The notes under the pieces are model-generated. The model was not told the origin of the DNA. It was given only the letters and a program-made list of their open reading frames with translations, and made no database searches. From Gammaproteobacteria bacterium (GTDB lineage Bacteria > Pseudomonadota > Gammaproteobacteria > Pseudomonadales > JADFDG01), in NCBI GenBank assembly GCA_018262975.1, contig JADFDG010000011.1:46195-110194 (forward strand): DNA of 64,000 nt, written 5' to 3'. Shown here in pieces: positions 31,701 to 42,041 of this stretch (positions are counted from its first letter, which is position 1; the number at the start of each line of letters is the position of its first letter). The translations under genes were made by a program, and so were the position numbers.

Positions 31701-32689
31701 AGGTCAACCTGCGCGTGGTCGACGGCGACGGCAACCTGCTTGGCCAGGGGCGCGACCTTGCCGCGCTGAAACAGGCGCTGGGCGCGCAGGCGGCGCAGGC
31801 CGTGGTCGCGGTGCGTGCCGGCGCGATCGGTCGCGAGGACATCCGCGACGCCGGATTCGAGGCATTGCCGGCGGTAATCGAGCAGCAGCAGGGCGGCCTT
31901 ACCCTGAAGAGTTACCCGGCGCTGGTGGACGAGGGCGATCGTTGCGCGGTGCGCCTGTACGCCGACGAGGGTACCGCGCGCGAGGTGCATCGCCGTGGCC
32001 TGCGCCGCCTGTTCCTGTTGCAGAGCGCGGCGATCCTGCGGCCGTTGCGCAAGGCGCTGCCGGGTTTCAGCCAGGCAGCGCTGCATTACCGCCATGTCGG
32101 CAGCGCCGACGAGTTGCTCGACGACCTGTGGCTGGCGGTGGCGGACCTGACCTTCCTGCGCGAGGGCGATGACATCCGCGATGCCGATGCCTTCGTGGCG
32201 CGCTGGGAAGCGCGGCGCAGCGAACTGCACGCCAATGGCAACCGGCTGGTGAAGTCGGTGGGCGATACGCTGGCGCGTGCCCACGAGGTCCGCCAGGCAC
32301 TCGGCAGGCTGGCGGCGCGCGATGCGTCCTGTCGCGATGACATGCAGGCCCAGCTCGACGAGTTGCTCGGCCCGCGCTTCGTCAGCGAAACACCGGTGCT
32401 CTGGCTGCTGGAATTCCCGCGCTATCTGCAGGCCCTGCAGGCGCGCATCGAGAAATTGCCCGGCCAGCCCGACAAGGATGCCGCGTTCGCGCGCGAATTG
32501 CGCGCGCTGTGGGCGGACTACGCAGCACTGCGCGCGCAACTGGAAGGGCAGGGCCGGCAGTCCGCCGAGCTGGTCACCTACCGGTGGATGATCGAGGAAT
32601 ACCGGGTGTCGCTGTTCGCGCAGCAGTTGCGCACGCGCATGCCGGTGTCCGCGCAGCGCCTCGCCCGGCAACGCGACAGCGTGGCCTGA
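28748..32689 (+). CDS. hrpA: ATP-dependent RNA helicase HrpA (DEAH box)
   Basis: 1313 aa. [19 protein letters not shown], ...[11 protein letters not shown]... and the long HrpA C-terminal region. Confidence 0.92.
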   Translation: MTSVDLPSAAELELQLSGCLRADRFRLRRDWRRLADATRGGGQPDAQALARWQARLSASQAAREARRLSLPVPQFDDALPVCQRREEIRELIAKHQVVIVAGETGSGKTTQLPKILLELGRGVDGFIGHTQPRRLAARAVATRIAQELGTKLGEGVGYQVRFTDEVGPNSHVKLMTDGILLAEIPHDRFLEKYDTLVIDEAHERSLNIDFLLGYIKRILPKRPDLKVVITSATIDHLRFAKHFADAAGRPAPVIEVSGRTYPVETIYRPLADDEEERVLGLPQAVHKVMGEILARERAEGRPAAGDVLVFCTGEREIREVHQHLRKAMHGIEVLPLYARLSNAEQNRVFAPHGGRRIVLATNVAETSITVPNIRYVIDPGLARISRYSARSRVQRLPIEAVSQASANQRQGRCGRVAAGVCYRLYSEADFLSRPEFTDAEIQRTNLAAVILQMAWLGLGDIEDFDFIDPPDRRYVQDGWRLLEELNAVDAQRQLTAAGRQLARLPVDPRLGRMLLEAARNGSLAEMLVIVAGLAVQDPRDRPHDRQQAADEAHALFADKESDFLWYVNAWRAHEQARQDLSGSELRRWAERHYLSFLRLREWRETHHQLRLACAEFGLKEADAPADYVSIHRALLSGLLSQVFMREEGRDPADKSYLGTRSRRFAVWPGSALAKKPLAWGVAAEIVETHKTFARTVARVQPGWIEHQAQHLVRREWFDAAWHGKRGMVLAREQVSLLGLILHPGREVHYGPIDPKLSRELFIRGALVNGDWGGREPAYRFIARNQEVAATVDRLEAKLRRRDVRVDDAVLYAWFDARVPADVFSTQKFDHWYRQAARADRDLLCLSTADLMARTPDELVPEDFPDQAPLAGAHLPLAYHFAPGEPDDGASLEVPVAALNQVPAVQLDWLVPGLLREKCIALVKSLPKDLRRALVPVPDVVAGVLPRLAAGERPLVDALAAELRRVSGQDIRPSHFNLAALPAHLQVNLRVVDGDGNLLGQGRDLAALKQALGAQAAQAVVAVRAGAIGREDIRDAGFEALPAVIEQQQGGLTLKSYPALVDEGDRCAVRLYADEGTAREVHRRGLRRLFLLQSAAILRPLRKALPGFSQAALHYRHVGSADELLDDLWLAVADLTFLREGDDIRDADAFVARWEARRSELHANGNRLVKSVGDTLARAHEVRQALGRLAARDASCRDDMQAQLDELLGPRFVSETPVLWLLEFPRYLQALQARIEKLPGQPDKDAAFARELRALWADYAALRAQLEGQGRQSAELVTYRWMIEEYRVSLFAQQLRTRMPVSAQRLARQRDSVA

Positions 32690-32698
32690 CGCGCCGGC

Positions 32699-33691
32699 TT
32701 GCAGCGGGCGCGTCGCCGCGTCAGGATGCCGGCCAGAGGTATTGCCATGAATCCAGCCAATCCGCGCAGCCCGGCGCGCGCCGGCCAGCACGACGCCGAG
32801 TCGACGCTGGTGGCCGTCAACGACCGCGACCAGTTGCACGTGCGCCATTTCGGTGGCGGCACGCGCAACACCACGGTCGTGCTGCTGCATGGCCTGTTCG
32901 AGGATGGCAGCCTGTTTTTCGGCAACAACGACGCGCTGGCGCCCGCGCTGGTGCGCGCCGGCTTCGACGTGTGGGTGCCCGACCTGCGCGGCCGCGGTCG
33001 CAGCTGGCCGGCACTGACCCCGGAACTGGCCGCGGATTTCGACTACGGCGTGCACGCCGCGGTGACCGAGGACCTGGCCACGGTCTTTGGCTTGCTGCGC
33101 GAGGGCGCCCCGGACAAGCCCGTCTACCTCGTCGGCCACGGTACTGGCGGGTTGTTGTGGCTGAATTTCCTCGCCCGCTGGCCCATCGTGCGCGAAATGG
33201 TGCGTGGCATCGTGCTGCTGGGCAGCGCGACATCGATCGAGCACGCCGGCCTGTTGCCGGCCCTGCGCTGGAACCTGCGCGATGGCTTGTGGGCCTCGGT
33301 GCTGGCCCGTCGCGGTGGCCTGGTGCCGGGCGCGCGGCTGGCGCAGGGGCAGGGCGTCGAGCCGCTGCGCTACTACCGTGAACTGCGGGACATGCTTGCG
33401 CACGGCTGGATCGATCCGGCCGACGCCCTGGACCACGCCGCGCAACTGCGCGAACTGCCGTTCTGGCCGCCCACGCTGGTGGTGGCCGCCGACCGCGACG
33501 CGCCCTGGTCCGGGCCGGACAGCGCCCGTCGCCTGCAGGCGCAGTTGCCGCCGCACGACGGCCGTCTTTACCTGTTCCCGGCTGCCTCCGGCGTGTCGCT
33601 GCTGGGTCCGCGCTCGGCGCTGGCCGGTGGTGCCGGTGCCGGGGAGCTGCAGGCCCTTGTGCTAGACTGGCTCGCCGCCTTCGACGGCTGA
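32699..33691 (+). CDS. Alpha/beta hydrolase family protein
   Basis: VVLLHGLFEDG and nucleophile elbow-like VGHGTGG. The start may be the ATG at 32747 (MNPANPRS). Confidence 0.6.
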   Translation: MQRARRRVRMPARGIAMNPANPRSPARAGQHDAESTLVAVNDRDQLHVRHFGGGTRNTTVVLLHGLFEDGSLFFGNNDALAPALVRAGFDVWVPDLRGRGRSWPALTPELAADFDYGVHAAVTEDLATVFGLLREGAPDKPVYLVGHGTGGLLWLNFLARWPIVREMVRGIVLLGSATSIEHAGLLPALRWNLRDGLWASVLARRGGLVPGARLAQGQGVEPLRYYRELRDMLAHGWIDPADALDHAAQLRELPFWPPTLVVAADRDAPWSGPDSARRLQAQLPPHDGRLYLFPAASGVSLLGPRSALAGGAGAGELQALVLDWLAAFDG

Positions 33692-33773
33692 ACCCACTCC
33701 CATTCCGATCGACCGCGGTCGTCCCCCCGCAGGAAGCGGCGTCCGGGCGTCCGCCTGTACAGGGGACCTGTCC

Positions 33774-34913
33774 TTGAATTCCTCTTCGCGCGCCGGCGAC
33801 ATCGTCATCACGGGCACCGGCCTGTTCACCCCCGCCGAGTCCATCTCCAACGCCGAGCTCGTCGCGTCGTTCAACGAGTACGTCAGCCGCTACAACGCCG
33901 CCCGTGCCGACGACATCGCCGCCGGCCGCTGCGAGGCGCTGGCGCCGTCCAGCGAGGAATTCATCGAGAAAGCCTCGGGCATCAAGAGCCGTTACGTCAT
34001 CAACAAGTCCGGCGTGCTGGACCCCGAGCGCCTGTGCCCGGTCATCCCGGAGCGCGCCGAGGAAGAACCCTCGGTGCAGTGCGATATGGCGGTGGCCGCC
34101 GCCAGCGAAGCGCTGGCAAAGGCCGGCCTTTCCGGCGCCGACATCGACGCGGTGATCGTCGCCTGCTCGAACATGCAGCGCCCGTACCCGGCCATGGCGG
34201 TGGAAGTGCAGGCCGCCATCGGCGCCCGCGGCTTTGCCTACGACATGAACGTGGCCTGCTCGTCGGCCACCTTCGGCATCCAGGCTGCGTACAACGCCAT
34301 CGTCGCCGGCAGCGCCGACCGCGTGCTGGTGGTCAACCCGGAAATCTGCTCGGCCCACCTGGCCTGGCAGGACCGCGATTGCCACTTCATCTTCGGCGAT
34401 GCCTGCACGGCGGTGATCGTCGAGCGCGCGTCGGTGGCGAAATCCGCCGAGCAGTGGGAAGTGCTGGGCACCCGCCTGCAGACCGTCTACTCGAACAACA
34501 TCCGCAACAACTTCGGTTTCCTGAACCGCTGCGACGAGTCGGGCATCGGCCAGCGCGACAAGCTGTTCCACCAGAACGGCCGCCGCGTCTTCATGGACGT
34601 CTGCCCGATGGTGGCCGAGCAGATCACCGATCACCTCGGCAAGCTGGCGGTGCCGGTCGATTCGCTCAAGCGCATGTGGCTGCACCAGGCCAACCTCAAG
34701 ATGAACGAGCTGATTTCCCGCAAGGTCCTCGGCCGCGACGCCACCGTCGAGGAGGCGCCGATCATCCTTGATCGCTACGCCAACACCAGTTCCGCCGGCT
34801 CGGTGATCGCTTTCCATCTGTACAAGGACGACCTCAAGCCGGGTGACACCGGCGTGATCTGCTCGTTCGGTGCCGGCTATTCGATCGGCAGCGTTGTCGT
34901 CCGTCGTCGTTGA
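33774..34913 (+). CDS. Beta-ketoacyl-ACP synthase III (long FabH-like KAS III)
   Basis: 379 aa with a TTG start. Active-site region ...AYDMNVACSSATFG..., ...LHQANLKMN... and C-terminal ...NTSSAGSVIAF...FGAGYS.... Confidence 0.8.
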   Translation: MNSSSRAGDIVITGTGLFTPAESISNAELVASFNEYVSRYNAARADDIAAGRCEALAPSSEEFIEKASGIKSRYVINKSGVLDPERLCPVIPERAEEEPSVQCDMAVAAASEALAKAGLSGADIDAVIVACSNMQRPYPAMAVEVQAAIGARGFAYDMNVACSSATFGIQAAYNAIVAGSADRVLVVNPEICSAHLAWQDRDCHFIFGDACTAVIVERASVAKSAEQWEVLGTRLQTVYSNNIRNNFGFLNRCDESGIGQRDKLFHQNGRRVFMDVCPMVAEQITDHLGKLAVPVDSLKRMWLHQANLKMNELISRKVLGRDATVEEAPIILDRYANTSSAGSVIAFHLYKDDLKPGDTGVICSFGAGYSIGSVVVRRR

Positions 34914-34939
34914 ACTTTCCAATCACGGAGAATCCACGC

Positions 34940-35284
34940 ATGTCCAGGCTCAACAAGATCAACGCGTTCGCGGCGTCGGTAGTTGCCGGCGCACTCGGTG
35001 TTTCCGCGGCCCACGCCACCGGCAATCCGTTTGCTGCCAGCGACTTGCCGGCCGTGCAGCTGGCCTCGGCCGAGGGTAAGGATGCGGAAGGCAGGTGCGG
35101 CGAAGGGCGTTGCGGTGAAGGCATGTGCGGCGGCATGGCGGAAAGCGCCGATGCCGGCCAGAGCGCTCCGGCCGGCAGCCAGGACACCGCTCCGGCCGAC
35201 CAGAAAGCCGACGACAAGAGGGCCGCCGAAGGCACCTGTGGCGGTAAGGCGGCCGCTGAAGGCGCCTGCGGCAACCACAAGTAA
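34940..35284 (+). CDS. Secreted Cys-motif RiPP precursor candidate (HvfA-like, EGxCG repeats)
   Basis: 114 aa from the ATG at 34940 (SD ACGGAG). Signal peptide ...[10 protein letters not shown]. Five Cys, all inside E-G-x-C-G motifs: [28 protein letters not shown]. Immediately upstream of DUF692 and DUF2063 genes. Confidence 0.6.
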   Translation: MSRLNKINAFAASVVAGALGVSAAHATGNPFAASDLPAVQLASAEGKDAEGRCGEGRCGEGMCGGMAESADAGQSAPAGSQDTAPADQKADDKRAAEGTCGGKAAAEGACGNHK

Positions 35285-35295
35285 ACACACCGGCC

Positions 35296-36132
35296 ATGGT
35301 GGCCACCGCGCTGTCCGGCGCCGGCCTCGGCCTGCGGCGGGCCCTGCTGGGCCCGCTGGCAGGGCACGCCGCGATCGGCGAGCCGGCGGGCTTTGATTTC
35401 CTCGAGGTGGCGCCGGAAAACTGGATCGGCGTGGGCGGGCGGCTGGGCCGCCGCCTGCGCGAACTCACCGAGCGCCACCCGTTCGTCACGCACGGCCTTT
35501 CCCTGTCGCTGGGCAGTCGTGACCCGCTCGATATCGAACTGGTGCGCGCGATCGGCGCCTTCCTCGACACCCACGGCATCGACACCTACAGCGAACACCT
35601 GAGCTTCTGCAGCGACGGAGGTCACCTCTACGACCTGGCGCCGTTGCCGTTCACCGAGGAGACGGTGCGGCACGTCGCGGCACGCATCCGCACCGTGCAG
35701 GACCTGCTCGGCCGCCGCATCGCCATCGAGAACATCTCCTACTACGCCGTGCTGCAGGCGGACCTGGACGAACCGACGTTCATCAATGCCGTGCTGGCGG
35801 AGGCTGATTGCGACCTGCTGCTGGACGTCAACAACGTGTTCGTCAACGCGGTGAACCACGGCTACGACGCCGAGGCCTTCCTCGCTGCCATGCCCGGCGA
35901 GCGCATCCGCTACCTGCACGTCGCCGGCCACCACGACGAAGCCCCGGACCTCAAGGTCGATACCCACGGCGCCGACGTCATCGACCCGGTGTGGACGCTG
36001 CTGGCGTCGGCCTATCGCCGTTTCGGCGTGAAGCCCACGCTGCTGGAGCGCGACTTCAACCTGCCGCCACTGCCGGCGTTGCTGGCGGAAGTCGCGCAGG
36101 TGCGTGCCCTGCAGCAGGCGGCCACCCCATGA
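35296..36132 (+). CDS. DUF692 / MNIO family (MbnB/HvfB-like) RiPP maturase candidate
   Basis: 278 aa. ...[12 protein letters not shown]...[16 protein letters not shown]..., ...YSEHLSF..., ...IENISYY..., ...[16 protein letters not shown]..., ...LHVAGH... and C-terminal ...PTLLERDFN. Confidence 0.8.
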   Translation: MVATALSGAGLGLRRALLGPLAGHAAIGEPAGFDFLEVAPENWIGVGGRLGRRLRELTERHPFVTHGLSLSLGSRDPLDIELVRAIGAFLDTHGIDTYSEHLSFCSDGGHLYDLAPLPFTEETVRHVAARIRTVQDLLGRRIAIENISYYAVLQADLDEPTFINAVLAEADCDLLLDVNNVFVNAVNHGYDAEAFLAAMPGERIRYLHVAGHHDEAPDLKVDTHGADVIDPVWTLLASAYRRFGVKPTLLERDFNLPPLPALLAEVAQVRALQQAATP

Positions 36133-36881
36133 GCACGGCAGACGGGGCAGGGCGGCAACAGGCGTTCGCGGACTGGGTGCGCCAACCCGGTGGCACACCG
36201 CCCGCCGGCATCGATGCACGCCGCGCCGCGCTGTACCGGAAGTTGTTCTTCAACAACGTGGCGAACCTGCTGTCCACGTTCTTTCCGCTGTCGCGCAGCC
36301 TCTACGCGCCGGAAGCCTGGCGCGCGCTGGTCGCGGATTTCTTCGCGCGCCATCGCGCCGGTTCGCCGTACTTCCTCGACCTTGCCCGCGAATTCCTCGA
36401 TTTCCTCGCCCAGGCACGCGGCGATCATCCCGATGACCCGCCCTGCCTGCGCGACCTGGCCCACTACGAGTGGCTGGAACTGGTACTGGACGTGGCCGAA
36501 GAGGAGCTGCCGGTTTCCGGTATCGATCCGCACGGCGACCTGCTGGCCGGAATACCGGTGCTGAACCCCGTGGCGGTGCTCGCCACTTACGCCTGGCCGG
36601 TACACCGCGTGGTGGTCGGCGAGCCGCTGCCAGCACCGCAGCAGACCTTCCTGGCCGGCTGGCGCGACCCGGCGGACCAGGTGCGTTTCATGGTCTTCAA
36701 CGCGGAGACTGCCCACCTCTACAGCGCGCTGCGCGAGTCGCCGACCTTGTCCGGCCGCGAGGCCGCGCTGGCCGTTGCGCAGGCCACCGGGCATGCCGAT
36801 CCGGCGGCGGTGGTGGAGGGTGCTGCCGACATGCTGCGGCAATGGCGCGAGCGACACATCGTGCTGGGCACGCGCACCTGA
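36129..36881 (+). CDS. DUF2063 (MbnC/HvfC-like) partner protein
   Basis: 250 aa from the ATG at 36129 (ATGA overlap with the DUF692 gene). ...[20 protein letters not shown]... and ...[10 protein letters not shown].... Confidence 0.7.
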   Translation: MSTADGAGRQQAFADWVRQPGGTPPAGIDARRAALYRKLFFNNVANLLSTFFPLSRSLYAPEAWRALVADFFARHRAGSPYFLDLAREFLDFLAQARGDHPDDPPCLRDLAHYEWLELVLDVAEEELPVSGIDPHGDLLAGIPVLNPVAVLATYAWPVHRVVVGEPLPAPQQTFLAGWRDPADQVRFMVFNAETAHLYSALRESPTLSGREAALAVAQATGHADPAAVVEGAADMLRQWRERHIVLGTRT

Positions 36882-36957
36882 CCGCCCGGCGCCCGCCGGC
36901 GCTTGCACCCCCGGACGCATGCACTAGACTGCCGCCTCCCGATTCCGCCTGCCCCCG

Positions 36958-37719
36958 TTGATGCCACCCATGACCGCCTGCCTGCGTTCCCTGTCGCTGC
37001 TCGTCCTGCTGGCACTTCCCGCCGCTACCATGGCCGACAACGGCGCGCGCGATCCGTGGGAAGGTTTCAACCGCAAGGTGTATGCCTTCAACCACTGGGT
37101 CGATACCTGGCTGGCCAAGCCGGTGGCGATTGGTTACCAGGCCGTCACCCCGGAATTCGTCGACAACCGTGTCACCCGTTTCTTCTCCAACCTCGGTGAC
37201 GTGACCAACGCCGCCAACCTCGCGCTGCAGGGCGAGGGCAAGCAGGCGCTGGACAGCACCGGGCGGGTACTGGCCAACAGCACCCTGGGTCTGGCCGGCT
37301 TGTTCGACGTCGCGTCCGTCGGGGGCATCCCGCGGCGGGAAACCACTTTCGGTACCACGCTGGGCAAGTGGGGCGTGTCGTCCGGAAACTACCTCGTGCT
37401 GCCGTTCCTCGGCCCCTCCACCGTCCGTGATGCCGCGGGCATCCCGGTGGACTGGGCATTCGGCCCGGTGATCCGCCCGTGGACGCTGTTCGACGACGAC
37501 GCCACCCGTTACGGCCTGCAGGCACTTGACCTCGTCGATACCCGCGCCGACCTCCTGCAACTGGAGGAGGCAGTGGTGGGCGATCGCTACGCGTTCCTGC
37601 GCGACATCTACCTGCAGCGCCGCGACTTCACCGTCGAGGGCGCCAGCGCCGCCGACCCGTTCCTCGACGAGGAGTTCGACGACGAGGAGGAGGAAGACGA
37701 GGGCCCGGCCGCCGAGTGA
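36958..37719 (+). CDS. mlaA: MlaA/VacJ family lipoprotein
   Basis: 253 aa. DPWEGFNRKVYAFNHWVD... and acidic C-terminal tail. Confidence 0.8.
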   Translation: MMPPMTACLRSLSLLVLLALPAATMADNGARDPWEGFNRKVYAFNHWVDTWLAKPVAIGYQAVTPEFVDNRVTRFFSNLGDVTNAANLALQGEGKQALDSTGRVLANSTLGLAGLFDVASVGGIPRRETTFGTTLGKWGVSSGNYLVLPFLGPSTVRDAAGIPVDWAFGPVIRPWTLFDDDATRYGLQALDLVDTRADLLQLEEAVVGDRYAFLRDIYLQRRDFTVEGASAADPFLDEEFDDEEEEDEGPAAE

Positions 37720-37784
37720 CGGTGCCTGCGCTTGCCGGCGCCGGTTGACGGGTATACCGTACGGCAAACCTCGCGGAGACGGGC

Positions 37785-38972
37785 ATGCCCGCCAACCAGG
37801 ATCGCTGCATCCTGCTGCTCGACAACGACCCCGCCATGCGCGACCAGTTGCATGGCATGCTGGCAGCCATCGGTTGCCCGGCCACCGTCGTCGTCGATGC
37901 CGATGACATCCACGCGCGAGCCGCCGCCGCCGACCTGCTGATCTGCGACCTCGACAATCCGCATGGTGCGGCGGATCTGGTGCGCGCGTTGCAGGCCAAC
38001 GATCCTGACCTGCCGGTGATCGTCGTCGCCCGCGAACCCGACGTCGATGACGTGGTGGAAGCCCTGCGTGCCGGCGCCTTCGATTTCCTGCGCTGGCCCA
38101 TTCCCGATGCGGGCATCTTCGGGCGCGCGGTGCAGCGCGCCATCGACGCGCGCAATCTCGAGCGCGAGAACCGCCGCTACCGCGAGCGCCTCGAGCAGGC
38201 CAACGCCGAACTGCAGGCCAGCCTGCGCCTGCTGCGCGAGGACGAGGACGCCGGGCGTCGCGTGCAGCAACGCATCCTGCCGGAGTCGCCGCGCGATTAC
38301 GGCTGGGCGCAGGTCGAGCACCGCGTGGTCCCGTCGCTCTACCTGTCAGGTGATTTCGTCGACTATTTTGAGGTCGGCGAGCGACGCCTGGCGTTCTATC
38401 TTGCCGACGTCTCCGGCCATGGTGCGTCGAGCGCCTTTGTCACCATGCTGCTGAAGACCCTGGGCAACCGCGCCCGTCGCGACATTGCCCGCGATCCGGT
38501 CCATGCCTCGCAACCCTCGTTGATGCTGGCCCTGGCCAACCGCGAGCTGTTGTCGCTGGGCCTGGGCAAGCACGTGGCCATGTTCTGCGGAATCATCGAT
38601 TTCAGCACCCGTCAACTGCATTACGCCGTCGCCGGTCAGTACCCGCAACCCATTGTTTCTGATGGGAAATGTGCCTGTTATCTGGAAGGTAAGGGTATGC
38701 CCGTAGGGCTATTTGACGGTGCGGTGTACGAGGATAGAATGCACGCGCTTCCGGAAGGGTTTGCCCTCGTGCTGCTTTCGGATGGCGTCATGGAACTGCT
38801 GGGCGGCGCGTCGCTCGCAGAAAAGGAAACCCGCTTGCTGGACATGATCGGCAGCGGGGCTGTCACGGTAGACACCCTGGGTCGCGAACTGCAACTGGAT
38901 GGCACGCGGGAACTTCCCGACGACGTCGCGATGCTGGTCATCCGCGACAAGACGGCAAGCCCCGCGGCCTGA
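37785..38972 (+). CDS. Response regulator receiver fused to PP2C/SpoIIE phosphatase (RsbU-like)
   Basis: 395 aa. N-terminal REC (ILLLDNDPAM...LICDLDNP...) and a C-terminal PP2C region (...SGDFVDYF...YLADVSGHGASSAF...LLSDGVME...DDVAMLVI). Confidence 0.8.
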   Translation: MPANQDRCILLLDNDPAMRDQLHGMLAAIGCPATVVVDADDIHARAAAADLLICDLDNPHGAADLVRALQANDPDLPVIVVAREPDVDDVVEALRAGAFDFLRWPIPDAGIFGRAVQRAIDARNLERENRRYRERLEQANAELQASLRLLREDEDAGRRVQQRILPESPRDYGWAQVEHRVVPSLYLSGDFVDYFEVGERRLAFYLADVSGHGASSAFVTMLLKTLGNRARRDIARDPVHASQPSLMLALANRELLSLGLGKHVAMFCGIIDFSTRQLHYAVAGQYPQPIVSDGKCACYLEGKGMPVGLFDGAVYEDRMHALPEGFALVLLSDGVMELLGGASLAEKETRLLDMIGSGAVTVDTLGRELQLDGTRELPDDVAMLVIRDKTASPAA

Positions 38973-38984
38973 GAGGCCGATGGC

Positions 38985-39488
38985 ATGAATTGCGGCACGA
39001 TTCTCTACGCGGTGAGCGATGGCACCTGGGTGCTGCGTTTCCGCGGCGATGTCCGTGCGCCCTGGTGTGCGTCGCTGGATGCCCTCGTCGAGCGCCTGTT
39101 CGCCGACCCGTCGGTGAAGTCGGTCGTCGTCGACCTGCGTGAAGCCACCAACATCGACAGCACCATGCTCGGCATGCTCGCGCGCGTCGCCATGCGTTCG
39201 CGCCAGCAGCATGGCCGCGACGCCGTGCTGGTCGGTCCCAATGCCGACGTGCACCGGCTGCTCGACAGCATGTGCTTCGACAAGGTCTGCCGCGTGGTGG
39301 ATGCCGCCGCCGAGGCCGGTTGCGAGTGCGCCGAACTGGCGCCGGTGGAGAGCCCCGAGGCGGACATGTGCCGGCAGGTTGCCGATGCCCACCGCGTGCT
39401 GATGGACATCGACGAACGCAACCGCGCGGTATTCCGTGACGTGGTCGCCACCCTCGAGGACCAGCAGCGCGCCGCCGGCGAGCACTGA
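38985..39488 (+). CDS. STAS domain protein (anti-sigma-factor antagonist-like)
   Basis: 167 aa. ...VVVDLREATNIDSTMLGMLA.... 12 nt after the PP2C gene. Confidence 0.7.
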   Translation: MNCGTILYAVSDGTWVLRFRGDVRAPWCASLDALVERLFADPSVKSVVVDLREATNIDSTMLGMLARVAMRSRQQHGRDAVLVGPNADVHRLLDSMCFDKVCRVVDAAAEAGCECAELAPVESPEADMCRQVADAHRVLMDIDERNRAVFRDVVATLEDQQRAAGEH

Positions 39489-39496
39489 TCCGTTTC

Positions 39497-39516
39497 GCGC
39501 GCCGTCGCCGGCGCGC
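39497..39516. terminator. GC hairpin between the convergent STAS and TerB-like genes (possible terminator)
   Basis: GCGCGCCG-TCGC-CGGCGCGC, a perfect 8-bp stem with no clear U-run. Confidence 0.35.
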
Positions 39517-39534
39517 ATCGACCAGCCTTTGCCT

Positions 39535-40002
39535 TCAGGCCTCGCCCTGCGCCAGCAGGCGCGCGTGGATGTAGTCGTCGTGCGGCACGTACATCAGTCC
39601 GGCCACCTGGCGGATGATGTATTCCTCGTACTTGTCGATGCGCCCGTCGGCCAGCGCGATCTTCCACATCTCGATGAGCAACTGCTTGCGCTCGGCCTGG
39701 TTGCAGTGGCGGTTGACCACCTGCGTCAGTTCGGTGAGCGACACCGCGTGCGCCGAATGGTGGCGGGCGCGTTGCGCGAACTGTTCGGCCTCGTCGACCG
39801 TGAGCGCGTGCTTCTCGCGCAGCAGCGCCAGCAGGCGCTGCTGTTCCTCGGCACCGAACGCCTGGTCGGCGAGGGCGGCTTCCACCAGCAGTGCCGCCGA
39901 CGCCAGCTGCAGTTCGTGGGCATCGCGGGCCGCGTCGCGCTGCGACGCGTAGACCTGCGCCTTCAGGCGCGCTTCCAGCCAGCGGGAAAGGTCACCGATC
40001 AT
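39535..40002 (-). CDS. TerB family (tellurite-resistance-like) protein
   Basis: 155 aa. ...ADGRIDKYEEYIIRQVAGLMYVPHDDY... is typical of the TerB-like fold. Confidence 0.65.
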   Translation of the reverse strand: MIGDLSRWLEARLKAQVYASQRDAARDAHELQLASAALLVEAALADQAFGAEEQQRLLALLREKHALTVDEAEQFAQRARHHSAHAVSLTELTQVVNRHCNQAERKQLLIEMWKIALADGRIDKYEEYIIRQVAGLMYVPHDDYIHARLLAQGEA

Positions 40003-40006
40003 CTGT

Positions 40007-40954
40007 TCACACCTGCCTGAGCAATTCGTCGAGCTTGCGCTGGTCCGCCACGAAGTTGCGGATGCCCTCGGCCAGTTTTTCGGTGGCCATGGCGTCCTCG
40101 TTCATCAGCCAGCGGAAATGCTGCTCGTCCAGTTCCATCCGGGCCAGGTCGCGCGGCAACTCCGCCGGGTCCAGCCTGCGGCTGAGAACGCCGGTATCGC
40201 GGGAAAGTTCCTCGAGCAGGGCCGGGCTGATGGTGAGGCGGTCGCAGCCGGCCAGCGCCTCGATCTCGCCGGCGTTGCGGAAGCTGGCGCCCATGACAAT
40301 GGTGCCATGGCCATGGCGACGGAAGTATTGCCAGATGCGGGTCACCGACAGCACGCCGGGGTCCTCGTCGGCCGTGTAACTCTTGCGGTCCGTGCGCGCC
40401 ACGTACCAGTCGAGGATGCGCCCCACGAACGGCGAGACCAGGAACGCCCCGGCCTCGGCGGCCGCCACCGCCTGAGGCAGGCTGAACAGCAGGGTCAGGT
40501 TGGTGCGGATGCCTTCCTGCTCGAGGATGCGGACAGCGGCGATGCCTTCCCAGGTGCTGGCGATCTTCACCAGCACGCGGTCGCGGCCGATGCCGCGCGC
40601 GCGGTACAGTGCGACCAGGCGGCGTGCGCGCGTCACCGTGCCCATGGTGTCGAACGACAGCCGCGAATCGACCTCGGTGGACACGTAGCCCGGCACGATG
40701 GCGAGGATCTCGGCGCCGATCGCCACCGCCAGGCGGTCGGCGGCGTCATCCACCCAGTGAGCCCCGTGGGCGGCCCGGGCTTCGCGCACCGCGGTTTCCA
40801 CCAGCGGCCGGTAGCGCGGCAACTGCGCGGCCTTCAGCAGCAGCGACGGGTTGGTGGTGGCGTCCTGCGGACGGAAGGCTCGCATGGCCTCGATGTCGCC
40901 GGTGTCGGCGACCACCACGGTCATCGCGCGCAACTGCTCAAGCTTGTTCTGCAT
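40007..40954 (-). CDS. tal: Transaldolase
   Basis: 315 aa. ...[11 protein letters not shown]...[13 protein letters not shown]... and ...[12 protein letters not shown]... (Schiff-base Lys). Confidence 0.9.
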   Translation of the reverse strand: MQNKLEQLRAMTVVVADTGDIEAMRAFRPQDATTNPSLLLKAAQLPRYRPLVETAVREARAAHGAHWVDDAADRLAVAIGAEILAIVPGYVSTEVDSRLSFDTMGTVTRARRLVALYRARGIGRDRVLVKIASTWEGIAAVRILEQEGIRTNLTLLFSLPQAVAAAEAGAFLVSPFVGRILDWYVARTDRKSYTADEDPGVLSVTRIWQYFRRHGHGTIVMGASFRNAGEIEALAGCDRLTISPALLEELSRDTGVLSRRLDPAELPRDLARMELDEQHFRWLMNEDAMATEKLAEGIRNFVADQRKLDELLRQV

Positions 40955-41951
40955 CCGGGTCCTGTTCCCTGGTCGATTTCTCCACCTGCGCGAGCGCCTC
41001 GCGCAGGGTGTGTATGCCGGCGCCGCGTTTCACGCCCTCGGTGCTGAGCAGGCGGCGGAACGCGCGTGCCCCCGGTACGCCGTGGTAGAGCCCCAGCATG
41101 TGCCGGGTGATGCTGTGCAGCGTGTGGCCATCGGCGAGGGCGTGCTCGATGTACGGCACCATGCGTTCAACGACTTCGGCGCGCGACGGTACCGGGTGGT
41201 CGTCACCGAACAGCCGGCGGTCCGCCTCGGCGAGCAGGTACGGGTTGTGATAGGCCTCGCGGCCGATCATCACCCCGTCCACCCGCGCCAGGTGCGCCGC
41301 GCTTTCCTCCAGGGTCTTCACGCCGCCGTTGAGGGCGATGGTCAGTTGCGGGAAATCGTCCTTGAGGCGGTAGACGTTGTCGTAGACCAGTGGCGGGATC
41401 TCGCGGTTCTCCTTCGGCGACAGCCCGGCGAGGATCGCCTTGCGCGCGTGCACGATGAACACCGTGCAGCCGGCCTGGCGCACGGTGTCGATGAAGCCGT
41501 GGGTGAAGGCGTAGCTGTCCTGGTCATCGATGCCGAGGCGGTGTTTCACCGTCACCGCCACGCCGGCCGGTACCGCCGCGCGCATTGCCGCCACGCAGTC
41601 GGCCACCAGCGCCGGTTCGGCCATCAGGCAGGCGCCGAAGCGGCCTTCCTGCACGCGGTCGGACGGGCAACCCACGTTGAGGTTGATCTCGTCGTAGCCG
41701 GCGTCCGCGCCCATCCGGGCCGCGCGGGCCAGCGCCAGCGGATCGCTGCCGCCCAGTTGCAGCGCCAGCGGGTGTTCGGCGGCGTCGAAACCGAGCAGGC
41801 GGGCGGCGTCGCCGTGCAGCAGGGCCATGGCCGTCACCATCTCGGTGTACAGGCGGGTATGCCGGCTGATCAGGCGCAGGAAGTAGCGGTCGTGGCGGTC
41901 GGTCCACTCCATCATCGGTGCGACCGACAGCCGCCAGGGCGAAGTCGTCAT
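40938..41951 (-). CDS. dusA: tRNA dihydrouridine(20/20a) synthase DusA
   Basis: 337 aa. ...[22 protein letters not shown]... and ...[13 protein letters not shown].... Confidence 0.9.
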   Translation of the reverse strand: MTTSPWRLSVAPMMEWTDRHDRYFLRLISRHTRLYTEMVTAMALLHGDAARLLGFDAAEHPLALQLGGSDPLALARAARMGADAGYDEINLNVGCPSDRVQEGRFGACLMAEPALVADCVAAMRAAVPAGVAVTVKHRLGIDDQDSYAFTHGFIDTVRQAGCTVFIVHARKAILAGLSPKENREIPPLVYDNVYRLKDDFPQLTIALNGGVKTLEESAAHLARVDGVMIGREAYHNPYLLAEADRRLFGDDHPVPSRAEVVERMVPYIEHALADGHTLHSITRHMLGLYHGVPGARAFRRLLSTEGVKRGAGIHTLREALAQVEKSTREQDPDAEQA

Positions 41952-42041
41952 GGGGCCGGGACTATACGCCGGCGTATCCGCCGGTCAACGCGCATCGGCC
42001 GCCGTATAATGGCCGCCCCTCCACGCACCCCGACCGGCCAC

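Noticed and set aside
28706-33556. 1616-aa ORF on the minus strand, the longest ORF in the window
   Set aside because: It is antisense to hrpA and the following hydrolase. The translation is Arg/Ala/Gly/His/Gln-rich with no motifs, whereas the plus-strand frame carries textbook DEAH helicase motifs. This is a typical shadow ORF of very GC-rich DNA.
32817-34922. 701-aa minus-strand ORF opposite the hydrolase and KAS III genes
   Set aside because: Shadow ORF. The KAS III catalytic motifs are on the plus strand.
35080-35135. Apparent short tandem DNA repeat (GAAGG-nnn-TGCGG x3)
   Set aside because: It is explained by the coding repeat [15 protein letters not shown] in the RiPP precursor. It is not a CRISPR or VNTR-type element.
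40851-42041. N-terminal 397-aa extension of the gltX ORF in the ORF track
   Set aside because: This portion is antisense to tal/dusA and lacks motifs. GltX begins at the ATG at 42042, immediately before the HIGH motif.
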